Source: Callorhinchus milii
Taxonomy: Eukaryota
Direction of reading: 5' to 3'
Assembly: GCF_018977255.1 (NCBI RefSeq)
Contig: NW_024704742.1
Location: forward strand, 46,626,001-46,690,000
DNA length: 64,000 nucleotides
The notes under the pieces were generated by a model. That model was not told the DNA's origin. It did not search any database and saw nothing but the letters and a program-made list of their open reading frames with translations. The position numbers and the translations under genes are program-made. Shown here piece by piece: positions 42,401 through 51,214 of this stretch. Numbering within the stretch: position 1 is the first letter of the stretch; every line of letters begins with the position of its first letter.

Positions 42401-45400
42401 GAAGACTTCCAAGAATGATCAAGCTCCAAGATACCTGTACGAGGAGAGGCTTACAGAGCTCAACAGATTCTCATTGCAAAGGGCAAAGTTGGTGAAATGA
42501 AATCCTGCTATTCTTGATCAAAGGTTTATGTTCTTATATCTAAAAAGAGCCATAAGAGTCATGTGCTTTGAAGCCCCAATCATTCGGAAAGTATCTTGAT
42601 TTTCCACTGCGCTAGTCAATCTTTGCTGCTCAAAACCATCATTGCAATAAGAAACACCACAAAATCACATGGGCTACAATATTTCCTCGAGCAAAAGGCT
42701 CAAAAAGCATTGCAGCAGCTCAACCAAATTCCAAGAATCAACAGCAACAATGAATTACATTCGTAAAGCACCTTTAACGTCGGGAGGACGTCCCAAGGTG
42801 CTGGATAGTCAGGGATTCGGACCTGAGCTTGGGGGTTGGGATCAGGGAAGGTGGAGGATAGGAAGGGTAGGAGGGTGATCAAATGTGCGGTCAAAGAGGA
42901 GGATTTTGAGACGTTCTTTGAAGGAGCTAAGGGAGGGAGTAAGACAAAGGGAATGTGGGATGGAGTTCCAAACGGTGGGGGTAGAGAAGCTGAAGGCCTG
43001 ACCACCGATGGTAGGGCTGGCCGGGCTGGGATGTGAAGCAGGACGGAGCCTGCTGAGCAGAGGGAGCGGACAGCTTGATATGGGGTTTGCATAAGATGCA
43101 CTACAGTTAATACATTATGAAACAAGTAAATAACCTGAAAACTGTTAAGTCTTACCTGCTCATTTTTGTAAATCCACACTTTTACACCTTTCAATGCAAT
43201 AAAAATTCGTGCTTTGTAGCCTTTTAGCTCAAGATAGCCAGATTTCTCAAATGAGACATTGGACCGGCTGCCCAGATGTGGAAACGTGTTGCTCTGAGAT
43301 TTTACTGCATTCAAAAGCTTGTTAATCCAGTCATCTCTCTCACCTATAGATAATAAGAAATAAAATAGCCAATTATAAGACATTAACTTAAATGTTTCAA
43401 GGAATATATTAAAGACAACATTTGTTTTTAAAGAGTCAGTAATAGGCAGAAACTCAGTATCTAATAAAAGTATTTTTCTTATAAACTTTTTCAGCAGTGA
43501 TGTCTCTGGATGGCTTAGCAAGTAATTTGGTGAGTAGTTAAACCATAACAGCTGCCAAAGGCCTGGTTGATAATGAATTAGCTCTGGTCTGGGCAACAGT
43601 GGAAGAGAGACAAGCAACCTGAATGCCACAGGGCAGGGAAGGAAACAAAACATCTACAGATCTTACTTTCAATCACTTTTCAGTGACCCATAATGGATGG
43701 TTCTTATGTGTGAAGCATTGTCAGTATCGCTCCGGAAAGACTGGGAGGTGAATATCCCGCCTGAAAGGAGATGTTTCAACGGAAGCACCAGAACGTGTCT
43801 CAGGAATGCAGTAGGAAGAGGAAAAGGTGATTGACACACCTTTTCTATTTTAGGCTGTTGTTGACCCACCTTCCCACTGTATCGGGGTTCAATAAGTGCT
43901 TCTCAGGAAAGCGGTAGCGTAACTGATGCTTCGATGTCCCATCTCCTGCAGGGAGCCTGTGCACGTCACACAGACTCACAAGACCTCAGTTCCTCAGCTT
44001 TTTCAACCCATATGGTGCTCTAGATTCTGATTTCTCGCCACTGGAAAATGGTCAAAGATACACTAATTGCACAAAGCTTCTGAGCAAGTGCTTTCAGGTT
44101 TGGGAAATTAACACTGGCAGAAAGGGATCTCCTGAGAATGGGTTCATCATCTTTCTGGAGAAGTAGCAAAGAAAAGTACCCCTCTCACCCCCGAGATGCT
44201 TTCCAGTGTTGTACATCTATTGACTAGAAAGGCAGACAGCAACTGCGCCTGGATCTCTGATCATCAGAAACTTAGTCCATCTGCTAAGAGATAGGGAACT
44301 GGATTCCAGGGTAATTTCTCAATCGACTATTCATCGCCCCATATGGAGAGAGTACCTACTATCTGCTCTGCACTTCCATCTAAATTTTAGTACAGTATGA
44401 GCTGCAAAGTCCATCATAGAGGTGCCCCCTACACGCACATCTTATCAAGGCAATCCAACGTAATGCACAATGATTTACTTAGCACAATAAGTGGATCAAG
44501 TATAAGCAGCATTGCTGGCAATGTACTAACACTGCTAATTACTTCAAACAGTGCAGCTTTACACTTTTGATATAAATTGGCAAGCACTGCTTAGAAACAA
44601 AGGCTGCTTTTGGTGCAAGATTAACCCAGGGCGCGAAAATGTCAAATGTAACGTTGAAGTTAACATGCAATTAAAAATGTTGTTATTCAGCCGACTGTAC
44701 AATTAAGGTCAGGAGCTCAAGATGTATTACTGAGGGAATTTGCTGTTAAACTGGAAAGTACATACTACAAGTATGACTGCGTAAGACAAGAACACTTTCG
44801 TGACTTGTAACACCTTATCCTGGCCACAAGGGATGTAAAGATCTGTACATTTCATACCTGAATACCCAGATCTGAAATATCCTAACACTTTAAATACAAA
44901 ATTGTAGGCTCCCCACGATTAGATTGGCAGCTTCATAGAGCTCAGCTTTGGTTGGAAAATTCCATACACTGCAGGATGCATGTTAACAGCTTCTGTTACA
45001 AACTGTGGTACCTATTCTAGGATTCGAAACAGTCTGAATTTTCTGTGCAATATAGAAAGGCATCAATGTAAAAATCAAATCAAGAAGGGCAGTACAGGAA
45101 GATAGAAAGTTCACAAGAGAGATTCAGATAATAATAATAATAATCCTTGCATTTGATATAGCGCTTTTCACGTCGGGAGGACGTCCCAAAGCGCTTCACA
45201 GAACACACTGTAAAGTGAATTGATTGTATATTTGTGGGCGAACGCGGCAGCCAATTGCGCACAGCAATGTCCCACAAACAGTCGTAGATTGAATATGACC
45301 AATTTATTATTGTTTTTGGTTTTGGAGGGATTATTATTAGGCGTGTGGAGTAAGGAAACCTGCCCAAGGTTTCGCCCTCTGCCTGGAATTGAACTCAGGT

Positions 45401-46341
45401 CTCTCACTTGCAAAGCAAATGCTCTAACCACTGAGCTACAGGGCTCCAAGATGAGTCCAGATGAAAAAGGTCCTTCAGCCAATTTAATCTCATCCTACCA
45501 GAAGACCCATCCAACCATCCTCTACATTGTAGAGTCTAAAGCACAGCATCATGCTGCTTTTTATGAATCAGTCAAGTATTCTGCCCATAACTACCCTTCC
45601 TCGAGAGTTCAATAGCACTGTTCCACAGTGATGGAAAGTGCATTCACACCCACAATTCTCCCCAACCTCAAACCTGGGTTTACTAAAAGTACTGGGTACA
45701 GTCTACGCCAGGTGCGTCCGACAGGAGGAAGGGGAATTTGGGTAGCTGGTCACTTGGAGCAGAACTCCATTGTGAGGAAGGAAAAATAAATCAATATTAA
45801 TGCTGAACCAAAATATTGATAAAAAACAAAATAGTTCTTTGGCTTACATTTATTATTGGGAGCTCAAAAATGTGTGCAGATTACTGAAAAATGTTATAGA
45901 ATAGTGAACATGTTCAGTTTAAATCTGCACCATTGTTAGTGGAAAAACCTTGAGATCCTACTCCCCTAACCTCTAGAACTCCCCCCTCCCACCCCTCTCT
46001 ATCCTGTCTTAAAACCTACCTCTTTGAAAGCCACCCCGCCCTCCACCCATCACCTCCCCTTGTTCAGCATCCAACCCTGTCCTTGCAAAATACTCTATGT
46101 GAAGGGTGCTATATAAATGTAAATTGTTAAAGAAATGTTATCCTCTCTCTTTCTCTCTTCTGGTCTTTTTTCGGAGACTGATCAACATTTTCAGCCACTG
46201 GGCCACACTCCACATCTTACCTTCTTTCTCGACTCTAAAAGTAAAAGTTCTGTTAGAGGTCAACACCTCAAATTTGCTGTCTCCTATTCCACGGACCGTA
46301 ATTATTGAAGAGGCTGGAATTATTCCTTTTGAATACATTTC
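351..46341 (-). CDS. ARAP2: ARAP2 (ArfGAP with RhoGAP domain, ankyrin repeat and PH domain 2), partial; 15 internal exons joined
   Basis: The exons below splice with consistent phases into a 2186-nt open frame. Domain order PH-PH-ArfGAP-ANK-PH-PH-RhoGAP is ARAP-specific. The peptides [40 protein letters not shown] and [13 protein letters not shown] match ARAP2 as I recall it, rather than ARAP1 or ARAP3. Confidence 0.95.
1650..2720 (+). mobile_element. Highly decayed CR1-type LINE ORF2/3' relic, interrupted by a minus-strand L2 tail (about 2525-2640)
   Basis: Degenerate RT-motif DNA near 1950-2015 (resembles [16 protein letters not shown]), with CR1-like 3' ORF2 sequence downstream; many stops. 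Confidence 0.55.
3448..4139 (-). mobile_element. Two tandem tRNA-headed SINE copies (3448-3754 and about 3848-4139)
   Basis: Both carry the reverse complement of the head GTGGAGTCCTGTAGCTCAGTGGTTAGAGCAC. The first has a (TAA)n tail and a duplicated 23-nt 5' end at 3732-3754. Confidence 0.85.
4767..4979 (-). CDS. ARAP2: ARAP2 exon, RhoGAP core (213 nt, phase 1 to 1)
   Basis: cag|GC ... TGG|gtaata; [33 protein letters not shown]...[29 protein letters not shown]. Confidence 0.95.
5410..5635 (-). mobile_element. CR1 LINE 3' end fragment
   Basis: Minus strand reads [13 protein letters not shown], a typical CR1 ORF2 C-terminus, followed by the 3'UTR motif agcccctcgag...agatcatggctgatct (plus strand). 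Confidence 0.8.
6140..6515 (-). mobile_element. Old Deu-domain SINE (SacSINE1/AmnSINE1-like), decayed
   Basis: tRNA-like head (ggttcaagc B-box on minus) and a body similar to the copies at 12350, 51230, 54290 and 58830. Confidence 0.6.
6759..7260 (-). mobile_element. L2 LINE 3' fragment with two copies of a 46-bp unit in its 3'UTR
   Basis: (CAA)n tail, stem-loop ACGTC-aggag-GACGT, and ORF2 C-terminus [18 protein letters not shown] on the minus strand. Confidence 0.88.
8445..8700 (+). mobile_element. Decayed L2 ORF2 3' fragment
   Basis: NSIP...[13 protein letters not shown] motif shared with the other L2 ends. Confidence 0.6.
9290..9810 (+). mobile_element. Decayed CR1 ORF2 3' fragment
   Basis: [15 protein letters not shown]...[10 protein letters not shown] and ccagagggtaattaacaactggaac, CR1 C-terminal signatures. 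Confidence 0.75.
10040..10203 (-). CDS. ARAP2: ARAP2 exon, end of PH4 and start of RhoGAP (164 nt, phase 2 to 1)
   Basis: cag|A ... ATG|gtaagc; [54 protein letters not shown]. Confidence 0.95.
11504..11567 (-). CDS. ARAP2: ARAP2 exon, PH4 (64 nt, phase 1 to 2)
   Basis: cag|CT ... AAG|gtagag; (T)[20 protein letters not shown](R). Confidence 0.92.
12350..12750 (+). mobile_element. Old Deu-domain SINE, decayed; lies about 70 bp from the donor of exon 12823
   Basis: ggttcaagc B-box, gtcagaggtgct...cacctgttcaagtggac, gctgtgc-like Deu motif and L2-type tail. Confidence 0.65.
12823..13021 (-). CDS. ARAP2: ARAP2 exon, PH4 (199 nt, phase 0 to 1)
   Basis: cag|TGT ... TTA|gtaaga; [44 protein letters not shown]...LKRLQEL. 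Confidence 0.94.
14270..14490 (-). mobile_element. Ancient SINE relic, same family as 40380-40650
   Basis: Reverse complement (gtgctgtgttatctgatctc...ggagaggaaagggagccagggttccc...ggattggttgtcatgcccactg) loosely parallels the plus-strand copy at 40380. Confidence 0.4.
15004..15106 (-). CDS. ARAP2: ARAP2 exon, end of PH3 (103 nt, phase 2 to 0); not in the ORF track
   Basis: cag|G ... AAG|gtgaaa; (G)[34 protein letters not shown]. Confidence 0.92.
16632..16804. repeat. Degenerate minisatellite, about 35-40 bp unit, about 5 copies
   Basis: Recurrent tagtactgcactcattgtt...gtgtccata unit. Confidence 0.7.
18045..18292 (+). mobile_element. L2 LINE 3' fragment
   Basis: [17 protein letters not shown] followed by tail gggacgtcctcccgatgtgaaaggcgctata. 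Confidence 0.85.
21332..21476 (-). CDS. ARAP2: ARAP2 exon, PH3 (145 nt, phase 1 to 2)
   Basis: cag|AA ... TGG|gtgagt; [48 protein letters not shown]. Confidence 0.94.
21953..22330 (-). mobile_element. tRNA-headed SINE, long form
   Basis: Same head, body and tail as 41052; includes the tcctacttactgctaggtaaa segment. Confidence 0.85.
22645..22789. mobile_element. hAT-type MITE, 145 bp
   Basis: Roughly 40-bp imperfect TIRs starting CAGTGGTGGCTA and ending TAGCCACTACTG; perfect 8-bp TSD CCTTAACC at 22637-22644 and 22790-22797. Confidence 0.85.
23035..23303 (+). mobile_element. L2 LINE 3' fragment
   Basis: LWDSLPQNL...[13 protein letters not shown]; ends in ttgttgtt. Confidence 0.8.
26274..26405 (-). 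CDS. ARAP2: ARAP2 exon, linker and start of PH3 (132 nt, phase 1 to 1); not in the ORF track
   Basis: tag|TT ... AAG|gtacgt; (V)[43 protein letters not shown]. Confidence 0.9.
26958..27250 (-). mobile_element. L2 LINE 3' fragment; further isolated L2 tails at about 27325-27395 (+) and 27480-27580 (-)
   Basis: (CAA)n tail; [31 protein letters not shown] on the minus strand. Confidence 0.85.
27857..28031 (-). CDS. ARAP2: ARAP2 exon, ankyrin-like segment (175 nt, phase 0 to 1)
   Basis: tag|AGC ... CAG|gtaaaa; [58 protein letters not shown]. Confidence 0.94.
28230..28582 (-). mobile_element. L2 LINE 3' fragment
   Basis: Tail cttttcacgtcaggaggatgtcc and a G-rich body like 42745 and 47248. Confidence 0.85.
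28595..29510 (+). mobile_element. L2 LINE ORF2 reverse-transcriptase pseudogene fragment
   Basis: Frameshifted RT motifs [37 protein letters not shown] and [10 protein letters not shown] (about 29412-29441). Confidence 0.9.
30255..30437 (-). CDS. ARAP2: ARAP2 exon, C-terminal part of ArfGAP (183 nt, phase 0 to 0)
   Basis: cag|CTT ... AAG|gtaatg; [18 protein letters not shown]...[17 protein letters not shown]...EELNK. Confidence 0.94.
30598..30960 (+). mobile_element. Old Deu-domain SINE, decayed
   Basis: Head gcctggctcagtggtagaactc; taaaccaaggtctcatctgcctgttcagatagatg body. Confidence 0.6.
31903..31988 (-). CDS. ARAP2: ARAP2 exon, ArfGAP with catalytic Arg (86 nt, phase 1 to 0)
   Basis: cag|GT ... 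GAG|gtaaga; [29 protein letters not shown], completing CxxC-x4-R. Confidence 0.95.
32540..33110 (-). mobile_element. Decayed L2 ORF2 (RT region) fragment
   Basis: Antisense to 29330-29510-type sequence (gtagtcctgcagttcagggtggag..., gaccccatgcctgtggataatgtc). Confidence 0.7.
33738..33937 (-). CDS. ARAP2: ARAP2 exon, end of PH2 and ArfGAP zinc finger (200 nt, phase 2 to 1); not in the ORF track
   Basis: cag|C ... CAG|gtaatt; [66 protein letters not shown], containing CxxC-x16-CxxC. Confidence 0.95.
34130..34620. mobile_element. L2 3' fragment (-, about 34130-34360) abutting an old Deu-SINE 3' half (+, about 34360-34620)
   Basis: ccaaggcgctggacagtcagg... followed by taaaccaaggtcttgtctatgcctgttcaggtggatg. 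Confidence 0.7.
35280..35996 (-). mobile_element. L2 3' fragment interrupted by a young SINE (35360-35682, -)
   Basis: L2 tail ...gagctggggttg | full SINE | aggttgggggtt... and L2 resumes; ggttg on both sides. Confidence 0.88.
36038..36250 (-). mobile_element. 5'-truncated SINE
   Basis: (TAA)n tail and Deu-like ccaaattgcgcacagcagtgtcccacaaacagtc. Confidence 0.8.
38050..38440 (+). mobile_element. Penelope-like element 3' relic
   Basis: [14 protein letters not shown] resembles the recalled GIY-YIG C-terminal motif EQHLIFRLGTL.P.GLN; terminal gacctgaaacgttgactc...gatgctgcctgacctgctgagt resembles recalled shark Penelope ends. Confidence 0.6.
38535..38641 (-). CDS. ARAP2: ARAP2 exon, PH2 (107 nt, phase 0 to 2); not in the ORF track
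   Basis: cag|GAT ... TAG|gtaaaa; [35 protein letters not shown](S). Confidence 0.92.
38805..39082 (-). mobile_element. L2 LINE 3' end with three copies of a 46-bp G-rich unit
   Basis: Nearly identical to 6759-6992; aaatggtc recurs at 38903, 38949 and 38995. Confidence 0.88.
40380..40650 (+). mobile_element. Ancient SINE relic (AmnSINE2-like by recollection)
   Basis: B-box-like aggtttgaatc, cccctggataagggaagaggg; loosely similar to 14270-14490. Confidence 0.4.
41052..41406 (+). mobile_element. Full-length tRNA-headed SINE, long form
   Basis: A box TAGCTCAGTGG, B box GGTTTGATTCC, CORE-like gggcaagtttccttactcc...tgtttacc, Deu-like gctgtgcgcaattggctgccgcg, L2-type tail and (ATT)n. Confidence 0.9.
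42020..42500 (+). mobile_element. Decayed CR1 ORF2 fragments
   Basis: [15 protein letters not shown] (agtcaacatgaatttagaagcaataagtcatgt) and YEERL-like (tacgaggagaggctt) segments. Confidence 0.55.
42743..43088 (-). mobile_element. L2 LINE 3' fragment, about 70 bp from the donor of exon 43156
   Basis: Tail acgtcgggaggacgtcccaagg; G-rich body. Confidence 0.85.
43156..43343 (-). CDS. ARAP2: ARAP2 exon, end of PH1 and start of PH2 (188 nt, phase 1 to 0)
   Basis: tag|GT ... CAG|gtaaga; [17 protein letters not shown]...[31 protein letters not shown]. Confidence 0.93.
45128..45448 (-). mobile_element. Young tRNA-headed SINE, short form
   Basis: Nearly identical to 35360, 49932 and 62462. Confidence 0.9.
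45940..46128 (+). mobile_element. Decayed L2 3' fragment
   Basis: cttaaaacctacctctttga ... gtgctatataaatgtaaattgtt. Confidence 0.65.
46221..46341 (-). CDS. ARAP2: ARAP2 exon, C-terminal half of PH1 (121 nt, phase 0 to 1)
   Basis: Acceptor ctctctcgccatcaaag|GAA, donor AAG|gtaaga; [40 protein letters not shown]. Confidence 0.93.
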
Positions 46342-46501
46342 CTTTGATGGCGAGAGAGAGATGGGAGAACATAGAAACAAAAAAAACACAAATAAATATC
46401 AATTTTTTTTTTCTACAGCAACAATGACACACAGATCTACAGAAGTCAATAATTGATCAGGATTCTCTGAAAGCTGTGATCAGTACCTATCAGTTCCACT
46501 A

Positions 46502-47071
46502 CAGTGAAACTTACAAAAGTCGTATCAATAGGGACCATAACATTTAAATGACCTACACAAAGTCCGAATTACAGTCAAACAGTATAAGTTGTATAAAATC
46601 TGATTAAATCAATAATCTACACTGCGCATGCGTAATTTAATGTAGTCGGTAAGTGCGTAATTTAATGTAGCCTTGTCACTGGAGCTGGTAAGTGCACACA
46701 TGGTGACAGATCACGATTATGTTTTCCGGAATTCAATGCGTCTTGATCCGTTAACACATGCACACTTATTGGGAAGTACTGGAATCACATTGAATCGAGT
46801 GAAATTAAGTTCTTCTGTGCACGCGGCAATGGATCAAGACTAAGTTTCCCGCGATTTAATGCAGCCGGCCGGTAGGTGCACGTGTATTGACAGGTCAGGA
46901 TATCATTTTTTGCGATTCAATGCATCCGGTAAATGGGGGAGTAATGGAGAATAGGAGAGCAGTGTTACAAGTTAAGAGATGATAAATACGAGTAGTGGAA
47001 AGAAATCTAATGCATGTATGACCCAGGCAATTATATGATTTATAAAGATAAGACTTCTGCAAATTTTACTG
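46502..47071. mobile_element. pogo/Tigger-type MITE, 570 bp
   Basis: TA|CAGTGAAACTTACAAAAGTC ... GACTTCTGCAAATTTTACTG|TA: 16/20 TIR identity, TA TSD, internal direct and inverted repeats. Confidence 0.7.
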
Positions 47072-47247
47072 TATACCAAATTCGTGCATCAAACCTCAAT
47101 TAATCCATCTCCCAGCTCCACAGACGTGACTACCCAATAAGATAAATTTAACCTACAGTGTAGGACCATAGACATCTGTGGAATCCAGACAAAAACAATT
47201 TCCAGCCTTGGAATAATTTTGTCTTGCTGTTCCAATTTGACCCAGCA

Positions 47248-47620
47248 CCAACAACAAATTACATTTCTATAGCGCCTTTCACATCAGGAGGATGTCTTCA
47301 GGTACTGGACAGTCAGGGATTTGGACCCGAGCTAGGGGTTGGGATAAGGAGGGAGCAGAGGGCAGGGGGATAAGAGTAGGAAAATGGCTGAATGCACGGT
47401 TGAAGAGGATCTTGAGACGTGCTTTGAAGGAGGCAAGGCCTGGAGCAAGACGCAAGGAAAATGGGATGGAATTCCAAAGGGTGGGGGCAGAAAGGCTGAA
47501 GGTCCGACCGCCGATTGTGGGGCGGGCCTGGCGGGGGACATGGAGCAGGCTGGAGCCTGCTGAGCAGAGGGAGCGGATAAGTTGATATGGGTTAGCAGGT
47601 CAAAGAGGTAGGCCGTGGAG
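47248..47620 (-). mobile_element. L2 LINE 3' fragment
   Basis: caacaacaaattacattt...cacatcaggaggatgtc and G-rich body. Confidence 0.85.
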
Positions 47621-47664
47621 AATGTTGAAAGCGAAAATTGCTTGTCTTCACTTTTATCCAAATA

Positions 47665-47850
47665 CAATGGAAGCCGATTAAACCGGACATTTCGAGGACG
47701 AACATTTTGACTGAGTTTAACTGGATTTTTATCCGAATGAACTGGCATATTTAAAACAGGTAAGAATACAAATGAATCGGGGCCAGGGGTTTTGTTCGAT
47801 TTGCCTGGCGTCTGGGGTTAACCGGTGTTTGCCTAAAGCAGATTCCACTG
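47665..47850. mobile_element. Decayed pogo/Tigger-type MITE, 186 bp
   Basis: TA|CAATGGAAGCCG ... CAGATTCCACTG|TA with repeated aaccgg/aactgg subterminal motifs. Confidence 0.55.
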
Positions 47851-48474
47851 TATTTAACAAACAACTGATTTTTACCCTTTGAAAGCTCAGTTACTCCTAT
47901 TTTCAGATCTTTTCAAAGTCCACACTGTGAAGGTTTACTCTGGCAGGAGGGTTATTTGGCACTACGTCGCATCCATCCTTATAATTTACAAACACACACC
48001 AACATCAACCCAATTGCTGACCTACTATTATTATAATATTATAATCCCATCTCAGTGAGAGAGGTTGGATAAGCAGCCACTGATTTCACAATGGACACAT
48101 TTTTCCATATGTTTTCGCCCCATCATTAATCATGAGCCTTCTAAGGAGTTTCTGTTTTCCAATGAATATCACAAGCCAATTTATACAGTGCTCCAATTAA
48201 TCATGTTGATAATTTTAAACACCTCCTTTTAATAATAAAATGTTGAACAATGTATGATTGATGATGGGAGTGTCACCATAACATAGTAATTATGACAAAG
48301 GATATTAAACCTATAATTACTGCTGCAGTCTAATTTCAAAGGAAATTTGGAATAATGCCACATTTTAAAAATGTTTTTCTTAACTTGTTCTGCCCGAAGT
48401 TCTCCCCGTACTTTAAAACACAAATTGTCAATACTGCAAGTTTGCATTTCAGATTCGACTGTGATACATAAAAT

Positions 48475-48848
48475 TATTAATAATAATAGTAATCTTTGCT
48501 TTTGATATATCGCCTTATCACATCTTCAAAACGTCTCAAAGCACTTCACAGAATATACTATCAAGTGAACTGATTATATATTTTGTGGACCAAACCCAGC
48601 AGCCAGTTGCACAGCAGTGTCCCAGTCGTGGATTGAGTGACCAAATTACTGTTATTATTATGTTTGTTTTGAAGGGATTACTAACCCCTGAAAAGCGATC
48701 CGCAAAGCGAACGGCCAATCGACTAACAACCAGGTTCCTACTTACTACTAGGTAACCAGAGGAGTGTAGAGCAAAGAAAGATAAAGACGCTTTGAGATGT
48801 CTCGAAGATGTGGTAAGGTGCTGTATCAAATGCAAGGATTATTATTAG
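48475..48848. mobile_element. 5'-truncated long-form SINE (-, to about 48770) followed by an inverted SINE tail (+, about 48785-48848)
   Basis: Tail sequence is present at both ends in opposite orientation. Confidence 0.75.
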
Positions 48849-49016
48849 GAATTTGGTTAATATTGCAGTGCACTCCACAACTTGCTAATTGGTGTATAGC
48901 TTCAATGCAGAGCTGAACATAACATAAGAAGGTAGAATATTTCAACTCTGCAGTCAATTGCATGATATTAATTCTGTGTTGATGTCATCTGTTACGTGTG
49001 TTGCATTGATTGTGTC

Positions 49017-49324
49017 GTGGAGTCCTGTAGCTCAGTGGTTAGAGCACTCGCCTCCAAGCGAAAGACCTGGGTTCGATTCCCGGCAGGGTGAAACCTTGGG
49101 CAAGTTTCCTTACTCCACATGCCTGATAATAATCCCTCAAGAAAAAAAAATTTGGTCACTTAAATCCACGACTGTTTGTGGGACACTGCTGTGCGCAATT
49201 GGCTGCCGCGTTTCGCCCACAAACATACAGTCAAATTCACTTTACAGTAGATTGTGTGAAGAGCTTTGAGACATCTAGAAGACGTGAAAAGCACTATATC
49301 AAATACAAGGATTATTATTATTAT
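49017..49324 (+). mobile_element. tRNA-headed SINE, short form, followed by an inverted head-only copy (49330-49412, -)
   Basis: GTGGAGTCCTGTAGCTCAGTGGTTAGAGC...GGTTCGATTCC; the second piece ends gctacaggactccac. Confidence 0.9.
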
Positions 49325-49931
49325 GCCTAACGTTTCGTCCTGCCTGGGAATCAAACCTACGTCCTCTTGCTTGCGAGGCGTGTGCTCTAACCAATATGCT
49401 ACAGGACTCCACGATGACTGTGGATGAAAATCGGATCATTTAAAAAAAGTTACATTATTCAGAACCAGAGTTATAATCAACAGGCAGAAAGAAAACGGAT
49501 ATCTACCCTTTTTGTTCACATAGGTGAAATACTTATCCCGCACATGAAAATGACAACATTCTAGACAGCCTTCCTCTCTACTCAATTATTATTTGAAAAA
49601 AAGCCTACCAGATGGCTAAGTAGTCTGAACCTTGATGACGTCAAACTACAAACAGCAATGTGACAGGACCTTTAATTTTCAATTCAATTGCTGCTTTGGA
49701 CCTCTGCCAACCATGTTCTTTTCTTTTATCTGTTTCTTCGTCTTACTGATGTCCAAATCGTCTTGCAGTATCAATCCCCCAGTTTCTTTGGCAACTCAAC
49801 CAACAAGTCAGGCTGGCTGGCTGTCATCTCAGTGCCTTGGGAGTCCTGTGGACTCACATTGTTCAAAGACTGCACACCCAGACATCCCCCAAAGGATTAA
49901 CTTGATTTCAATAATCCACTGCCAGGCACAT

Positions 49932-50262
49932 AATAATATAATAATAATAATAATCCTTGCATTTGATATAGCGCTTTTCACGTCGGGAGGACGTCCCAAA
50001 GCGCTTCACAGAATATACTGTAAAGTGAATTGACTGTATATTTGTGGGCGAACGCGGCAGCCAATTACGCACAGCAATGTCCCACAAACAGTCGTAGATT
50101 GAACATGACCAATTTTTTTTATTATTGTTTTTGGTTTTGGAGGGATTATTATTAGGTGTGTGGAGTAAGGAAACTTGCCCAAGGTTTCGCCCTGCCTGGA
50201 ATTGAACTCAGGTCTCTCACTTGCAAAGCAAGTGCTCTAACCACTGAGCTACAGGACTCCAC
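49932..50262 (-). mobile_element. Young tRNA-headed SINE, short form
   Basis: Nearly identical to 35360 and 45128. Confidence 0.9.
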
Positions 50263-50844
50263 ATGACCTTTTTTGGAGATTCCTCTAGCAGAGCGGGGAA
50301 AGGTTGTCCCTCATTTTAATTTGTTTTAAGCACCTCAATCAAATCAACCCTTAACCTTCATACCACCAGGGCATCTAACCCAAATCTATCTAGCCTTTTA
50401 CATCTAGTGAATCATCTTTGGAAGGCTTCTAAAGCTGTCCTATCCTTCCAAATCTTAGCTGCCCAAAACAAGATATTCCAAATGACATCTGACCAACATT
50501 CTTACAGAAAGCCTTACATTTATTCTAGTCCCCTCTCTTCCCACCCCATACCCCATCCTTTTCAACTGTGCAACTAATTAATTAAACAGATCAATTTCAA
50601 ATCTGCATAACAGTTTTCTAGCACTTTCTAGAAAAATTGGTAAGCAGGCTCTTCAGTCCTCGAGCAATTTCACATACAAAGATTACAGCTTCAGTAAAAT
50701 TAATAATAAAATTGTAGCTGAAAAAAATTCCCTCTGCACTTTGAGCAGTGTTTTTTTTTGTTTGAAACTGGGCATTTTAAATTTTTATATCAGTTGTTTC
50801 TTAATGTGCATATAAGCGTTATACCGTAAAACAGTAAGGCAAAT

Positions 50845-51189
50845 GTGGAGTCCTGTAGCTCAGCGGTTAGAGCACTCGCCTCTCAAACAAGAGAACCCGG
50901 GTTCGATTCCCGGGCAGTGCAAATCATTGGGCAAGTTTCCTTACTCCACTGTTTACCAAGCAGTCAGTAGGAACCCGTCAATTGGCGGATTGCTTTTCTG
51001 AGGATAATAATCCCTTCAAAAAGAAAAAAATATACAAAAGGAATAAGAATTTGGTCACTCAATCCACGACTGTTTGTGGACACTGCTCTGCACAATTGGC
51101 TGCCGCGTTTCGCAGTATATTGTGAAGCGCTTTGAGACATCTAGAAGATGCGATAAGGTGCTATATCAAATGCAAAGATTGTTATTATA
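50845..51189 (+). mobile_element. tRNA-headed SINE, long form
   Basis: A and B boxes (TAGCTCAGCGG, GGTTCGATTCC), CORE-like and Deu-like segments, tail. Confidence 0.88.
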
Positions 51190-51214
51190 AAGCATGAGTA
51201 GCTGAACAGATCAT

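Noticed and set aside
42700..43653. 317-aa minus-strand ORF, the longest in the track
   Set aside because: It is the 188-nt ARAP2 exon read through into flanking intron and an L2 fragment, not a separate gene.
49017..49090. tRNA-like sequence with A and B boxes (also 41052 and 50845)
   Set aside because: It continues into the SINE body and tail, so it is a SINE head and not a tRNA gene.
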